Below are positions 38,104 through 46,803 of a DNA stretch of 64,000 bases, one piece after another (positions within the stretch are counted from its first letter, which is position 1; each line of letters opens with the position of its first letter). Source of the stretch: an uncultured Gammaproteobacteria bacterium (lineage in GTDB: Bacteria; Patescibacteriota; Microgenomatia; UBA8517); NCBI GenBank assembly GCA_964599625.1, contig CAZRGC010000002.1, positions 71,883 through 135,882 of the forward strand, in the 5' to 3' direction. The position numbers and the translations under genes are program-made. Under the pieces are notes generated by a model. That model had not been told where the DNA came from. It saw nothing but the letters and a program-made list of their open reading frames with translations, and did no database searches.

Positions 38104-38628
38104 TTAGTTTCTGATTTCGAAATTTCCTTTGTTCTCATCCATCCAGGCAAGAAATTGTTTGACATCCGAAAGATAGTTTTTGAGTGTGCTTGAACTTACT
38201 TTTTCAGCCTCCAAAAAGGCTTTAAAATCATCAACTATATCAAAAGACATCTTTGGGCTTGGAGTTGATTTTTGTATGGGGGAAATATTTTCTACGCCTT
38301 GTGTAAAATCGTAGTTGGCAATTTGGGTGGCAACCATAAATCTAGCAAAATGACGAAGTGTTGAAAGTCTTCTATTGATTGATCCAACAGGCTGATTATT
38401 TTCTGACATGTAGCTTTTATATTCCTGGGCAATGTTTTGGTTAAGGAAGGGAACGGCTTCTGTTAGGGACTCAACATAAGATCCCAAAGACCTGATTTTA
38501 AGAATTAACCAGCCGGTGAAATGTGACAAATCGCTTCTGTAGTTTTTGTGAGATTTTGGAGAAACGCCCAAAGTGTCAAGGTATTTTGAAAACTCTTTTT
38601 TGACGATGTCGTTATCAAATTTGGGCAT
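38104..38628 (-). CDS. Small cytoplasmic protein built from tandem phage-integrase N-terminal SAM-like domains. No recombinase catalytic domain.
   Basis: SPKSHKNYRSDLSHFTGWL plus SINRRLSTLRHFARFMV form one full domain. SSSTLKNYLSDVKQFLAWM is the first half of a second. The stop TAA is followed after 6 nt, in the same frame, by the ATG of the giant ORF. Confidence 0.6.
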   Translation of the reverse strand: MPKFDNDIVKKEFSKYLDTLGVSPKSHKNYRSDLSHFTGWLILKIRSLGSYVESLTEAVPFLNQNIAQEYKSYMSENNQPVGSINRRLSTLRHFARFMVATQIANYDFTQGVENISPIQKSTPSPKMSFDIVDDFKAFLEAEKVSSSTLKNYLSDVKQFLAWMDENKGNFEIRN

Positions 38629-39022
38629 TTTGTAATTATGGCTAAATTAGACGAATTATACTGATTAGACTATTATTAAAAAGCTACGGGAGGCTGTCAA
38701 GAGGCTGTTTGCTATTCAAAAAAGCTATCACGTTACCTTTATTTTCACAGTGTATGTAGTATAATTACCGCATGGTTTTTACGCATAAATTTCGATACAT
38801 GATATATTTTGAAATACCCGTATAACATGCGAATAAGGCTATTTTTTTGATTTTTCGTAGGCACAAAGTCAATTTTGCGGAAAACCGCGGTTAATTTGAG
38901 AAAAGAAAAAAGTTTGCGGAAAAGGAGGCTGTTAACCTCCAAATCCGAAAGTTTTGTTGCCTTGCCACTATAAACACTACAGGTCGATGTTTTGTATTTG
39001 GTTACGCTTGATAAATAATGTA

Positions 39023-39051
39023 ATTAGCAATCGCCAATTGCGACTGCTAAT
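39023..39051. promoter_or_regulatory. 29-nt near-perfect palindrome in the divergent intergenic region.
   Basis: ATTAGCAATCGC-caatt-GCGACTGCTAAT (12-nt arms, 1 mismatch). Lies about 125 nt upstream of leuS and about 400 nt upstream of the minus-strand giant operon. Confidence 0.3.
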
Positions 39052-39140
39052 AAAAAATGATAGCAATTCGTTCCGAAAACTGGGGAATTATTTTAAAAAT
39101 GAAGCTGTTTTTTGTTAGGCTCAAAAAAAACTTTTAAATG

Positions 39141-39168
39141 TTGATTTTTTTGCGTCAAATACTACAAT
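39141..39168 (+). promoter_or_regulatory. Candidate sigma70-type promoter of leuS.
   Basis: TTGATT (39141-39146), 16-nt spacer, TACAAT (39163-39168). The ATG at 39176 implies a leaderless or near-leaderless transcript. Confidence 0.35.
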
Positions 39169-39175
39169 TTCTACT

Positions 39176-41770
39176 ATGGCTAATAAATATAAGCATACAG
39201 AAGTAGAGGGAAAATGGCAACAGAAATGGGAACAGTCAAAGTTATACGAGCCAAATATTAACGCAAAAGACGTTTTCTACAATTTATGGATGTTTCCGTA
39301 CCCCAGTGCCGAAGGGTTGCACGCAGGGCACGCATTTGCCTCTACAGGAAGTGACATATACGGAAGATATATGAGGATGTCTGGGGCCGCTGTTCTGCAG
39401 CCAATAGGCTACGACTCATTTGGCATTCACTCAGAAAATTACGCCATAAAGATTGGCGAAACACCTCAAACAATGCTTGAAAGGACAACCAAGCATTATG
39501 AACAACAGCTCAAAAGCCTTGGTCACGGATACGACTGGACAAGAACAGTGACCACTTCTGATCCAGATTATTATAAATGGACACAGTGGTTATTTAGTGA
39601 AATGTTTAAGGCAGGTCTTGCATACAAAAAGAAGGCCTCAGTCAACTTTTGCCCCTCGTGCAAGACAGTCCTGGCCGACGAGCAGGTTATGAGCCCCAAA
39701 GAAGCCGGAAAGGACCCTAAAGATAAAGATGGCAATCCTGTTGAAGCGACACCTGACACAAGAGTCTGCGAAAGATGTGGCACTGTTGTTGAGAAAAAAG
39801 ACTTGGACCAGTGGTTTGCAAGGATAACAGACTACGCAGACAGACTTTTGAATGGTTTGGAAACAATTGATTGGAGTGAAAGAGTCGTTATTGCACAACG
39901 CGAGTGGATAGGAAAAAAGGCAGGTGTAACAGTTAGACACAAAGTGATTAATTCCGATATAGTTCTTGAAGCCTTTAGCGCTTACCCAGCATGGCTATAT
40001 GCAGATACTTTTCTTGTAATTGCACCAACTCATCCAAAAGTGGTCGAACTGGTTAAAGGTTCCGAGTATGAGGCCGACGTCATGGCTTTTGTAAAAGAAA
40101 GTCAGATGCCTCTTTCTAACGAAGAAAAAGCAAAAAAAGAAAAGAATGGAATATTTACAGGAAGATACGCTCATGATCCTTTGACAGGGAGGGAATTTCC
40201 AATATGGCTGGCAAACTTTGCTTTGATGGATTTTGGCACAGGTATTATTCGATGCTCGTCACATGATCCTCGTGACTATGAATTTGCAAAAAAATATGAC
40301 ATTGCCATCGAAGAGATAGTAGACAGAGTCGATCCCGATATACCTGTAAATGCACATACAAATACCGGCAAGCTTAAAAACTCAGGCCCATTCACAGGGA
40401 GATTGATAGATACAGGTCTAATTTCTGATGTAACTAACTTCATTTCTCAGAAAAGCTTTGGTGAAACACGCACTACATACCATCTTCGTGATTGGCTGGT
40501 CAGCCGTCAGAGATATTGGGGTGCACCCATACCTATGATCTATTGTGATGCCTGTAAAGAAAAAGGTGTAAGTTGGCTTACCAAAAATAAGCCTTCGCAA
40601 CACACCGATAGCTCTGATTGGGATCATTTTGGTTGGTGGCCAGAAGAGTCTTTGCCTGTAACACTACCGGAAATGAAAGATTACCAGCCGGAAGGAACGG
40701 GGAGTGGTCCGTTGAGTCATCATCCGGAGTTTTACAAAACAAAATGTCCTCACTGCGGAAACGATGCTGTCAGGGAAACCGATGTTATGGACACTTTTGT
40801 GGATTCATCCTGGTATTTCCTGCGTTATCCTTCGACTCGCGCAGAGTCAGCAAATAAATATGCTTTTGATAAGAAGATAACGGAGTCCTGGCTTCCTGTT
40901 AGCCTTTATTTTGGAGGTGCAGAGCATTCCGTACTGCACCTTATGTATGCAAGGTTTGTGACCATGGTGATGCATGACAGGGGTCATATTAACTTTGATG
41001 AACCTTTCCCAAGGTTTTTTGCACACGGTCTAATGATCAAGGATGGTGCCAAAATGAGCAAGAGCAGGGGCAATGTGGTTAATCCCGACGAATACGTCGC
41101 CAAGTTTGGAGCTGACACACTTAGGCTTTATGTCATGTTTATGGGGCCTATGGATGGGTCTCCGGACTTTAGAGACACGGGGATCGAAGGCATGGCCAGA
41201 TTTGTGGGACGGCTTTGGAAGCTTTTTACCGATCATAAAGATTTTGCTGTATCTGAAAGCGATGGTAGAGAGATAACAAGCAAGCTCCATAAGACCATTG
41301 GCCAAGTAACAGAAGATGTGTCTAATTTTAAGTATAATACAGCCATAGCTAGCCTCATGGAACTTGTGAATGTTTTGTATTCAAAAATCCCTCAGGGATC
41401 AGAAAAAACATCCGAAGGAACATTCGAACCTTGGCAGAATGCCCTGACAAATCTTTGTTTACTTCTGGCACCTTTTGCACCACACTTGGCCGAAGAGGTT
41501 TGGGTGGAAATTTTGGGAAGAGAATTTAGTGTCCATACTTCACCTTGGCCTGTTTACAACAAGGATCTGGTAAAAACTGACACTGCGACAGTTGTTATTC
41601 AGGTAAACGGAAAGGTGCGTGCCTCGCTGCAGGTAACCCCTGAGGTTGCAATGAACGAAACCAAAGTATTTGATTTGGCACAAAAGGACCAAAACGCTTC
41701 AAAGTGGATTACAGGTGAAGTCAAAAAGCAAATATTCATCCCGGGCAAACTTCTCAATTTGGTCGTATAA
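39176..41770 (+). CDS. leuS: Leucyl-tRNA synthetase.
   Basis: HIGH-type motif PYPSAEGLHAGHAF. KMSKS motif KMSKSRGN. Length 864 aa, with a bacterial-type editing domain. Confidence 0.95.
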   Translation: MANKYKHTEVEGKWQQKWEQSKLYEPNINAKDVFYNLWMFPYPSAEGLHAGHAFASTGSDIYGRYMRMSGAAVLQPIGYDSFGIHSENYAIKIGETPQTMLERTTKHYEQQLKSLGHGYDWTRTVTTSDPDYYKWTQWLFSEMFKAGLAYKKKASVNFCPSCKTVLADEQVMSPKEAGKDPKDKDGNPVEATPDTRVCERCGTVVEKKDLDQWFARITDYADRLLNGLETIDWSERVVIAQREWIGKKAGVTVRHKVINSDIVLEAFSAYPAWLYADTFLVIAPTHPKVVELVKGSEYEADVMAFVKESQMPLSNEEKAKKEKNGIFTGRYAHDPLTGREFPIWLANFALMDFGTGIIRCSSHDPRDYEFAKKYDIAIEEIVDRVDPDIPVNAHTNTGKLKNSGPFTGRLIDTGLISDVTNFISQKSFGETRTTYHLRDWLVSRQRYWGAPIPMIYCDACKEKGVSWLTKNKPSQHTDSSDWDHFGWWPEESLPVTLPEMKDYQPEGTGSGPLSHHPEFYKTKCPHCGNDAVRETDVMDTFVDSSWYFLRYPSTRAESANKYAFDKKITESWLPVSLYFGGAEHSVLHLMYARFVTMVMHDRGHINFDEPFPRFFAHGLMIKDGAKMSKSRGNVVNPDEYVAKFGADTLRLYVMFMGPMDGSPDFRDTGIEGMARFVGRLWKLFTDHKDFAVSESDGREITSKLHKTIGQVTEDVSNFKYNTAIASLMELVNVLYSKIPQGSEKTSEGTFEPWQNALTNLCLLLAPFAPHLAEEVWVEILGREFSVHTSPWPVYNKDLVKTDTATVVIQVNGKVRASLQVTPEVAMNETKVFDLAQKDQNASKWITGEVKKQIFIPGKLLNLVV

Positions 41771-41815
41771 CAAACTCTTGTTGCAACCCTTAGTAAAAGG
41801 GAATTAAATTAATTT

Positions 41816-42445
41816 ATGGAAGGTTCTCGTTTTGATGAACTTCTTTATAAATACAGAACACCTTTGACGGTATTTGCAGTTGGGGCTATTGTAATCGGTC
41901 TGGGAATAATTTTTTTGAAAAGCGGCATAGTAGGCCCCGAGACAAAAATAGAAGTTCTGAACGGTACTACATTACCGCAGGCGGGTAGTGTGATTACTGC
42001 GGAGATTGCTGGGCAAGTTGTTAACCCCGGCGTTTATAAGTTAACATCCGATAGTAGAATAGATGACCTATTGATTGCGTCAGGTGGGCTTTCTGTTGAT
42101 GCCGATAGGGAATGGACTGCAAAAAATCTCAACAGGGCAGCCAAATTATCCGACGGACAAAAAGTATATATTCCCCAAATCAACGAGCAGTCAAATGTCT
42201 TGAGTGCTAAAGTTAATGGTGGGGATCAAACTGCATCATCGGTAAATTTATCCGATAGTAACAGTTTGATCAATATCAATGGAGCAAGCCTTGCAGAATT
42301 AGATAAGTTACCGGGAATTGGCCCTGCATACGGCCAAAACATAATTGATCACAGACCTTACTCAAACATAGAAGAGCTGCTTTCCAAAGGTGTTCTAAAG
42401 AAAAATGTTTACGAAAAGATTAAAAACCTCATCTCCGTTTATTAA
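41816..42445 (+). CDS. comEA: ComEA-family DNA-binding competence protein. TM, SLBB-like region and tandem helix-hairpin-helix.
   Basis: N-terminal TM (LTVFAVGAIVIGLGIIFL). C-terminal ININGASLAELDKLPGIGPAYGQNIIDHR HhH motif. Confidence 0.8.
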   Translation: MEGSRFDELLYKYRTPLTVFAVGAIVIGLGIIFLKSGIVGPETKIEVLNGTTLPQAGSVITAEIAGQVVNPGVYKLTSDSRIDDLLIASGGLSVDADREWTAKNLNRAAKLSDGQKVYIPQINEQSNVLSAKVNGGDQTASSVNLSDSNSLININGASLAELDKLPGIGPAYGQNIIDHRPYSNIEELLSKGVLKKNVYEKIKNLISVY

Positions 42446-43541
42446 GATAAATTATTTTACAATCAACAAAAATAAAGCCTGGGAATTTATCATTTTTGCA
42501 GTTCTTTTTATTGCAGTTTTATTTAGGATTGTTTTTTACCGGAGTCCTATTCCCGAAGGCACTCAAGTTAGGGTTACAACAACGGTTTTATCAGATCCTA
42601 TAAAATATGATAATTCTCAGTATTTTAAAATTGTTGGGACAAAAATTTACTTACCGTTATTCCCGGAAATAAACTATGGTGACAGGATAATTATGGAGGG
42701 CGAGGTAAAAGCAGGGATATTGAAAAACGCAAAACTTATTAGTATTTTTCCTCAGGGACAAAGTTTATTTATAGTTCGCAAAAAAATAATCGAAGTTTAC
42801 CAAAAATCACTTCCGGAACCATACGCCGGACTAACGGCCGGAGTCGTTCTGGGAGACAAGGGTGCACTAACTTCTGATTTTTGGGAACAAGTAAGAACTG
42901 CGGGCGTTGCTCATGTGGTTGTGGCTTCCGGGACAAATATCACTTTTGTTGTTTCCTTTTTATTGGCTTTCACTGCACTGTTCAATAAACGCAAAGTAAT
43001 GATGCCTTTTGTTATATTTGGAATACTTTTGTATATATCAATCTCAGGTTTTCAGCCGCCAATTATTCGTGCGGGTTTGATGTCTCTTACGCTATTATCA
43101 GGCCAAATATTGGGAAGGGCCACAAACCCGTGGAGAGTACTAATTATTACAGCCTGTGCAATGTTGTTGTTTAGTCCCGAGTGGGCGGGTGACATTGGGT
43201 TTATTCTTTCATTTGCCTCGACTGCGTCGTTGATGATATTTGAAAGGAAAGTTGCAAAATTTTTTGTGAGACTACCTTCGGGGTTTAGAGAAGGTTTGAC
43301 AACCAGTATCGCAGCCCAAATCGGTGTTGCCCCGATACTCTTTGTTACATTTGGAGAGTTTTATATATTGTCTCCACTGGTCAATGCGTTGGTTTTGTGG
43401 ACTGTACCTTTTATAATGGTCTTTGGTTCGTTGGCTGGAGTAATCGGGCTTGTATCTTTGCCATTGGGGAAGTTTATACTTGTTTTGGGTTACCCCTTCG
43501 TGTTTTGGTTTGTTAAGATAACCCAACTGTTTGCAGGATGA
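42405..43541 (+). CDS. comEC: ComEC/Rec2 N-terminal part: DUF4131 plus the competence membrane channel domain.
   Basis: GLTAGVVLGDKGALTSDFWEQVRTAGVAHVVVASGTNITFV is the competence-domain signature. Multiple TM helices. The start overlaps the end of comEA, so the start is uncertain. Confidence 0.75.
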   Translation: MFTKRLKTSSPFIKINYFTINKNKAWEFIIFAVLFIAVLFRIVFYRSPIPEGTQVRVTTTVLSDPIKYDNSQYFKIVGTKIYLPLFPEINYGDRIIMEGEVKAGILKNAKLISIFPQGQSLFIVRKKIIEVYQKSLPEPYAGLTAGVVLGDKGALTSDFWEQVRTAGVAHVVVASGTNITFVVSFLLAFTALFNKRKVMMPFVIFGILLYISISGFQPPIIRAGLMSLTLLSGQILGRATNPWRVLIITACAMLLFSPEWAGDIGFILSFASTASLMIFERKVAKFFVRLPSGFREGLTTSIAAQIGVAPILFVTFGEFYILSPLVNALVLWTVPFIMVFGSLAGVIGLVSLPLGKFILVLGYPFVFWFVKITQLFAG

Positions 43542-44416
43542 AAAGGTTTAAATATTTCTTTATACTTCTCACCTTTATTTTGATATTGGTTGCCATATTT
43601 GCTTTTTCAATTCCCGGCGCCAAACTTCGGGTGATTGCCTGTGATGTAGGGCAAGGTGATGCCATACTTGTAACATACAAAAATATCCAAATACTCACCG
43701 ACGGTGGCCCTGGAAATTCTGTTATCTCTTGTCTGGGGAGATACATACCGTTTTGGGATAGAACAATAGAGCTAGTTGTATCAACACATCCAGACGCCGA
43801 TCACTCAACGGGACTAGTGGAAGTCTTAAAAAGATACACCGTGGCTAATATATTAATAAATCCTATCGATTCTGGCACTCAAACAATTAAAGCGCTAGAA
43901 AAACAGGTGGGGAGTAAAGGTATCACCCAAATAAAACCCCAAGATGGTCAAAGTATTGTGTTAGGTTTGATACGTTTAGACATAGTTAACCCATCCATGG
44001 GCCAAGTACTTGGTTTGGATACATTTGCAGAGGAAAGTGACTTGGGATATTTTAAACCAGTAGACCCAACCAACGATTACTCCATTTCATACGTACTTAG
44101 ATTTGGAAATTTCAGCGGTTTGTTTACTGGGGATATAGGAAACGATGTTTCTGACAGAATTGCTGAATACCCGGGAATTGACAATGTCGACTATATCAAA
44201 ATACCTCATCATGGTTCTAAGAATGGAACCACCGAAAATCTCCTCAAAAGTTTTATGCCTAAAGTTGCGGTAATAAGTGTTGGTAAAAATAGCTACGGAC
44301 ATCCAAATAGGCAGATCCTGGATTTACTTAACAAATACGGAGTAACTACATATAGAACAGATTCATTGGGGGATGTGATATTGGAAACTGATGGAAAGAA
44401 GTGGGGTATAAAGTGA
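43538..44416 (+). CDS. comEC: ComEC C-terminal metallo-beta-lactamase-fold domain encoded as a separate ORF.
   Basis: VIACDVGQGDAILV...VVSTHPDADHSTG (HxHxDH)...IPHHGSKNG. The ATGA overlap (43538-43541) with the preceding ORF suggests translational coupling. Confidence 0.8.
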   Translation: MKRFKYFFILLTFILILVAIFAFSIPGAKLRVIACDVGQGDAILVTYKNIQILTDGGPGNSVISCLGRYIPFWDRTIELVVSTHPDADHSTGLVEVLKRYTVANILINPIDSGTQTIKALEKQVGSKGITQIKPQDGQSIVLGLIRLDIVNPSMGQVLGLDTFAEESDLGYFKPVDPTNDYSISYVLRFGNFSGLFTGDIGNDVSDRIAEYPGIDNVDYIKIPHHGSKNGTTENLLKSFMPKVAVISVGKNSYGHPNRQILDLLNKYGVTTYRTDSLGDVILETDGKKWGIK

Positions 44417-44418
44417 TA

Positions 44419-44455
44419 TGCCGGACAGCGTATTTCAAAAAGTTGACTGTCCGGC
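44419..44455. terminator. Candidate bidirectional terminator-like hairpin between convergent ORFs.
   Basis: Perfect 9-bp inverted repeat GCCGGACAG...CTGTCCGGC (44419-44427 and 44447-44455) with a 19-nt loop. There is no strong U-tract, hence the low confidence. Confidence 0.3.
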
Positions 44456-44521
44456 AAAGGATTAGGGCATTACTTGTTGGTAGTAGATGTACACTCCGAT
44501 TGCAAACCCCATCCTCTTTTT

Positions 44522-44620
44522 TCATTTGCCAAAGTATGTGAACCCAAAGTTCAAAAATATAACAATGAACACAAGCGTCCCCATGACAAGGGCTAAAAGT
44601 GGTAACAAATTGCGTTTCTT
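44522..44620 (-). CDS. Possible 32-aa hydrophobic peptide MKKRNLLPLLALVMGTLVFIVIFLNFGFTYFGK.
   Basis: ATG-to-TGA ORF with a single TM-like helix. A TATAAT-like element lies about 50 nt upstream and the hairpin lies downstream. No other support. Confidence 0.2.
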   Translation of the reverse strand, partial: KKRNLLPLLALVMGTLVFIVIFLNFGFTYFGK

Positions 44621-44822
44621 CATTTTGCTCCAAAAAGTGCGAGTGCTAAAAAGTATAATTTGGTAATATAACTAACCTATAGTTATTATATCACGCATAG
44701 TCAAATAAATCAAGGCAGATATGGTAATGCCGAAATTGAGTCTGTTTTGTGCCTGCGAAATGAGGCAAAATCTAAGAATCTGAGCGCTTTTGTGCCTGAC
44801 ATTACTTCCTCCAACTCAGGCG

Positions 44823-44851
44823 TGAATTGTGGGTTTGGATAGTGGTACAAT
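44823..44851 (+). promoter_or_regulatory. Candidate promoter of argS with an extended -10.
   Basis: TGgTACAAT at 44843-44851 (TGn-extended -10). Weak -35 TGAATT 17 nt upstream. The ATG lies 33 nt downstream. Confidence 0.3.
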
Positions 44852-44884
44852 GAGCCTATACTCAAGAAAGTCGAGTTATGAAAT

Positions 44885-46546
44885 ATGCTAAAAGATTTAT
44901 CTGACAAAGTTTCGCAGGTTTTGGGAATGGAGGCTGTTTTAGCTCGCACAGACGATCTGTCGTTTGGTGACTTTTCGACCAATATCGCTATGGTTAACGC
45001 CAAAAAAGAAGGCGTTAATCCCAGAGAGCTTGCGGCAAAGTATAAAGAAAAGCTTGAAAAGGACCAGGAGCTCAGCATTTATTTCGAGAAAATAGAAGTT
45101 GCCGGGCCTGGATTTATAAATTTTTATTTGAACAGAGACTTTGTGGCCAAAGAGGTTTTTGACGGATTAAAACAATCACTCGCTTACGGCAATTCAGACT
45201 CGTTAAAAGGAAAGAAAATTGTTTATGAATATGCCCATCCAAATACACACAAAGCTTTCCATATCGGCCATCTGAGAAATATAACCACCGGTGAAGCACT
45301 GTCGCGCTTAACCCAAAGCCAGGGCGCTGAAGTTGCCCGTGTAAATTACCAGGGCGATGTAGGTTTGCATATTGCAAAGGCTTTGTGGGGCATTTTGGAC
45401 ACTGGCTTTGCCGATCCCGGAGATATTCATGCGCGTGCCGAATATCTTGGGAAGACCTACGCACATGGGGCTACAAAGTATGAGGAAGATGAATCCGTAA
45501 AAAGTGAGATAGACAAAATAAACGTTAAGATTTACGACAAGTCCGACGAAGAAATAAACAAACTCTACAAAGAGACCAGACAGTGGAGTCTTGATTACTT
45601 TAGTTCTATTTACGATAGGGTTTACACTGGTTTTGATAGACTGTATTTTGAGAGTGAGTGTGCCGAAAGTGGTAAAGAGATAGCACTTAAAGCTCTAAAG
45701 GATGGAATCTTCAAGGAAAGCGAAGGTGCAGTAATATTTCCCGGGTCAGAATATGGACTGCATGACAGGGTGTTTGTAACAGGCAAAGGTGTCCCTACCT
45801 ATGAAGGTAAGGATTTGGGACTTGCCAAACTCCAGTTTGCGGAACAAAACCCGGACCTTCTTATACACACAGTTGGGCCGGAACAAAAAGAGTACTTCAA
45901 AGTTATATTCAAAGCTTTGGAAATGATAATGCCGGAAACCAAGGGTCGCGAGGTTCATGTACCCTACGGTTGGGTAAGGCTCAAAGAAGGAAAGATGAGC
46001 TCCAGAACTGGAAATGTTGTTTTGGGTGAATGGCTTTTGGATGAGGCTAAAAGTTCTATTAAGAAATCTTTTGATACAGATGATGATGCTGCAGAAATAA
46101 TTGCCGTTGCGGCCGTAAAGTACTCTTTCTTGAGAAATGGTTTAGCCCAAGATATAGCTTTTGATATAAAAGAATCAATTTCTTTGGAAGGCAACTCCGG
46201 ACCTTACCTTCAATACACCTACGCAAGGTGCAAAAGTGTTCTGAGGAAGGCTGATTATGAACCAGGAACAATTGACACAAAAGGCATAAACGAGGCTGAA
46301 ATGCCAATTGTAAAGTCTATTGCAGGTTTTTCTGACATCGTACAGTCTTCTGCGTTTAATTATTCGCCTAATACACTCTGTAATTATTTATTTGATCTTG
46401 CTCAGAAATATAACGGGTTTTATAACACTAATAAGATAATAGGTTCGGATAACGAGGCTGAAAGATTGTTTGTTACTTATGCAGTATCTCATGTGATCAA
46501 AAATGGACTCAAACTTTTGGGGATAAAGACTCTGGAGAGGATGTAG
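44885..46546 (+). CDS. argS: Arginyl-tRNA synthetase.
   Basis: HIGH motif AHPNTHKAFHIGHLRN. C-terminal DALR anticodon-binding region (YLFDLAQKYNGFY). 553 aa. Confidence 0.95.
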   Translation: MLKDLSDKVSQVLGMEAVLARTDDLSFGDFSTNIAMVNAKKEGVNPRELAAKYKEKLEKDQELSIYFEKIEVAGPGFINFYLNRDFVAKEVFDGLKQSLAYGNSDSLKGKKIVYEYAHPNTHKAFHIGHLRNITTGEALSRLTQSQGAEVARVNYQGDVGLHIAKALWGILDTGFADPGDIHARAEYLGKTYAHGATKYEEDESVKSEIDKINVKIYDKSDEEINKLYKETRQWSLDYFSSIYDRVYTGFDRLYFESECAESGKEIALKALKDGIFKESEGAVIFPGSEYGLHDRVFVTGKGVPTYEGKDLGLAKLQFAEQNPDLLIHTVGPEQKEYFKVIFKALEMIMPETKGREVHVPYGWVRLKEGKMSSRTGNVVLGEWLLDEAKSSIKKSFDTDDDAAEIIAVAAVKYSFLRNGLAQDIAFDIKESISLEGNSGPYLQYTYARCKSVLRKADYEPGTIDTKGINEAEMPIVKSIAGFSDIVQSSAFNYSPNTLCNYLFDLAQKYNGFYNTNKIIGSDNEAERLFVTYAVSHVIKNGLKLLGIKTLERM

Positions 46547-46803
46547 AGACTTCTTTTGATTTTTCTTCTGGAGCGCTATTCAACCACACAACTTGACCCT
46601 GGTGTGTTGTTTCTCTAACAACGTCTGCAGGAAAGGGCTCGACCTTCATTTCGTTTTGCCCAGAAATTTCGATTGACATAACAACAATCTACAACTTGAA
46701 ATTTTGCTTGTCAAACCATTGCCAAAAACACTAAAAGGGGCTTGCGTTTTTCACGAAATAATAAGTAAATAAGTATGTTGCAAAGTTGGACATTTGAATA
46801 TAA

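Noticed and set aside
37950-38628. Phage integrase / prophage boundary suggested by the SAM-like integrase N-terminal domains.
   Set aside because: Only the N-terminal core-binding-type domains are present. No tyrosine-recombinase catalytic domain (R..HxxR..Y), attachment-site repeats or phage structural genes are found. The domains are instead fused or adjacent to a surface giant.
38745-38942. 65-aa minus-strand ORF in the divergent intergenic region, and a perfect AAGGAGG on the plus strand at about 38922.
   Set aside because: The ORF needs a TTG start, has no RBS on its own strand, and lies in an AT-rich promoter region. The plus-strand SD-like AAGGAGG is not followed by a start codon at a usable distance. 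It is part of a GGAGG/CCTCC hairpin.
38629-39175. tRNA or other small RNA genes in the 550-nt intergenic region (and in 44417-44884 and 46547-46803).
   Set aside because: No cloverleaf-compatible segments were found by eye (no GTTCGAAT-like T-arm with a matching acceptor stem). Nothing could be supported without a covariance-model search.
44640-44884. Possible T-box leader upstream of argS (TGGTAC resembles part of the T-box GGTGGTACC core).
   Set aside because: Only a 6-nt partial match. There is no recognisable specifier-loop or antiterminator architecture. The TGGTACAAT element is better explained as an extended -10 promoter.
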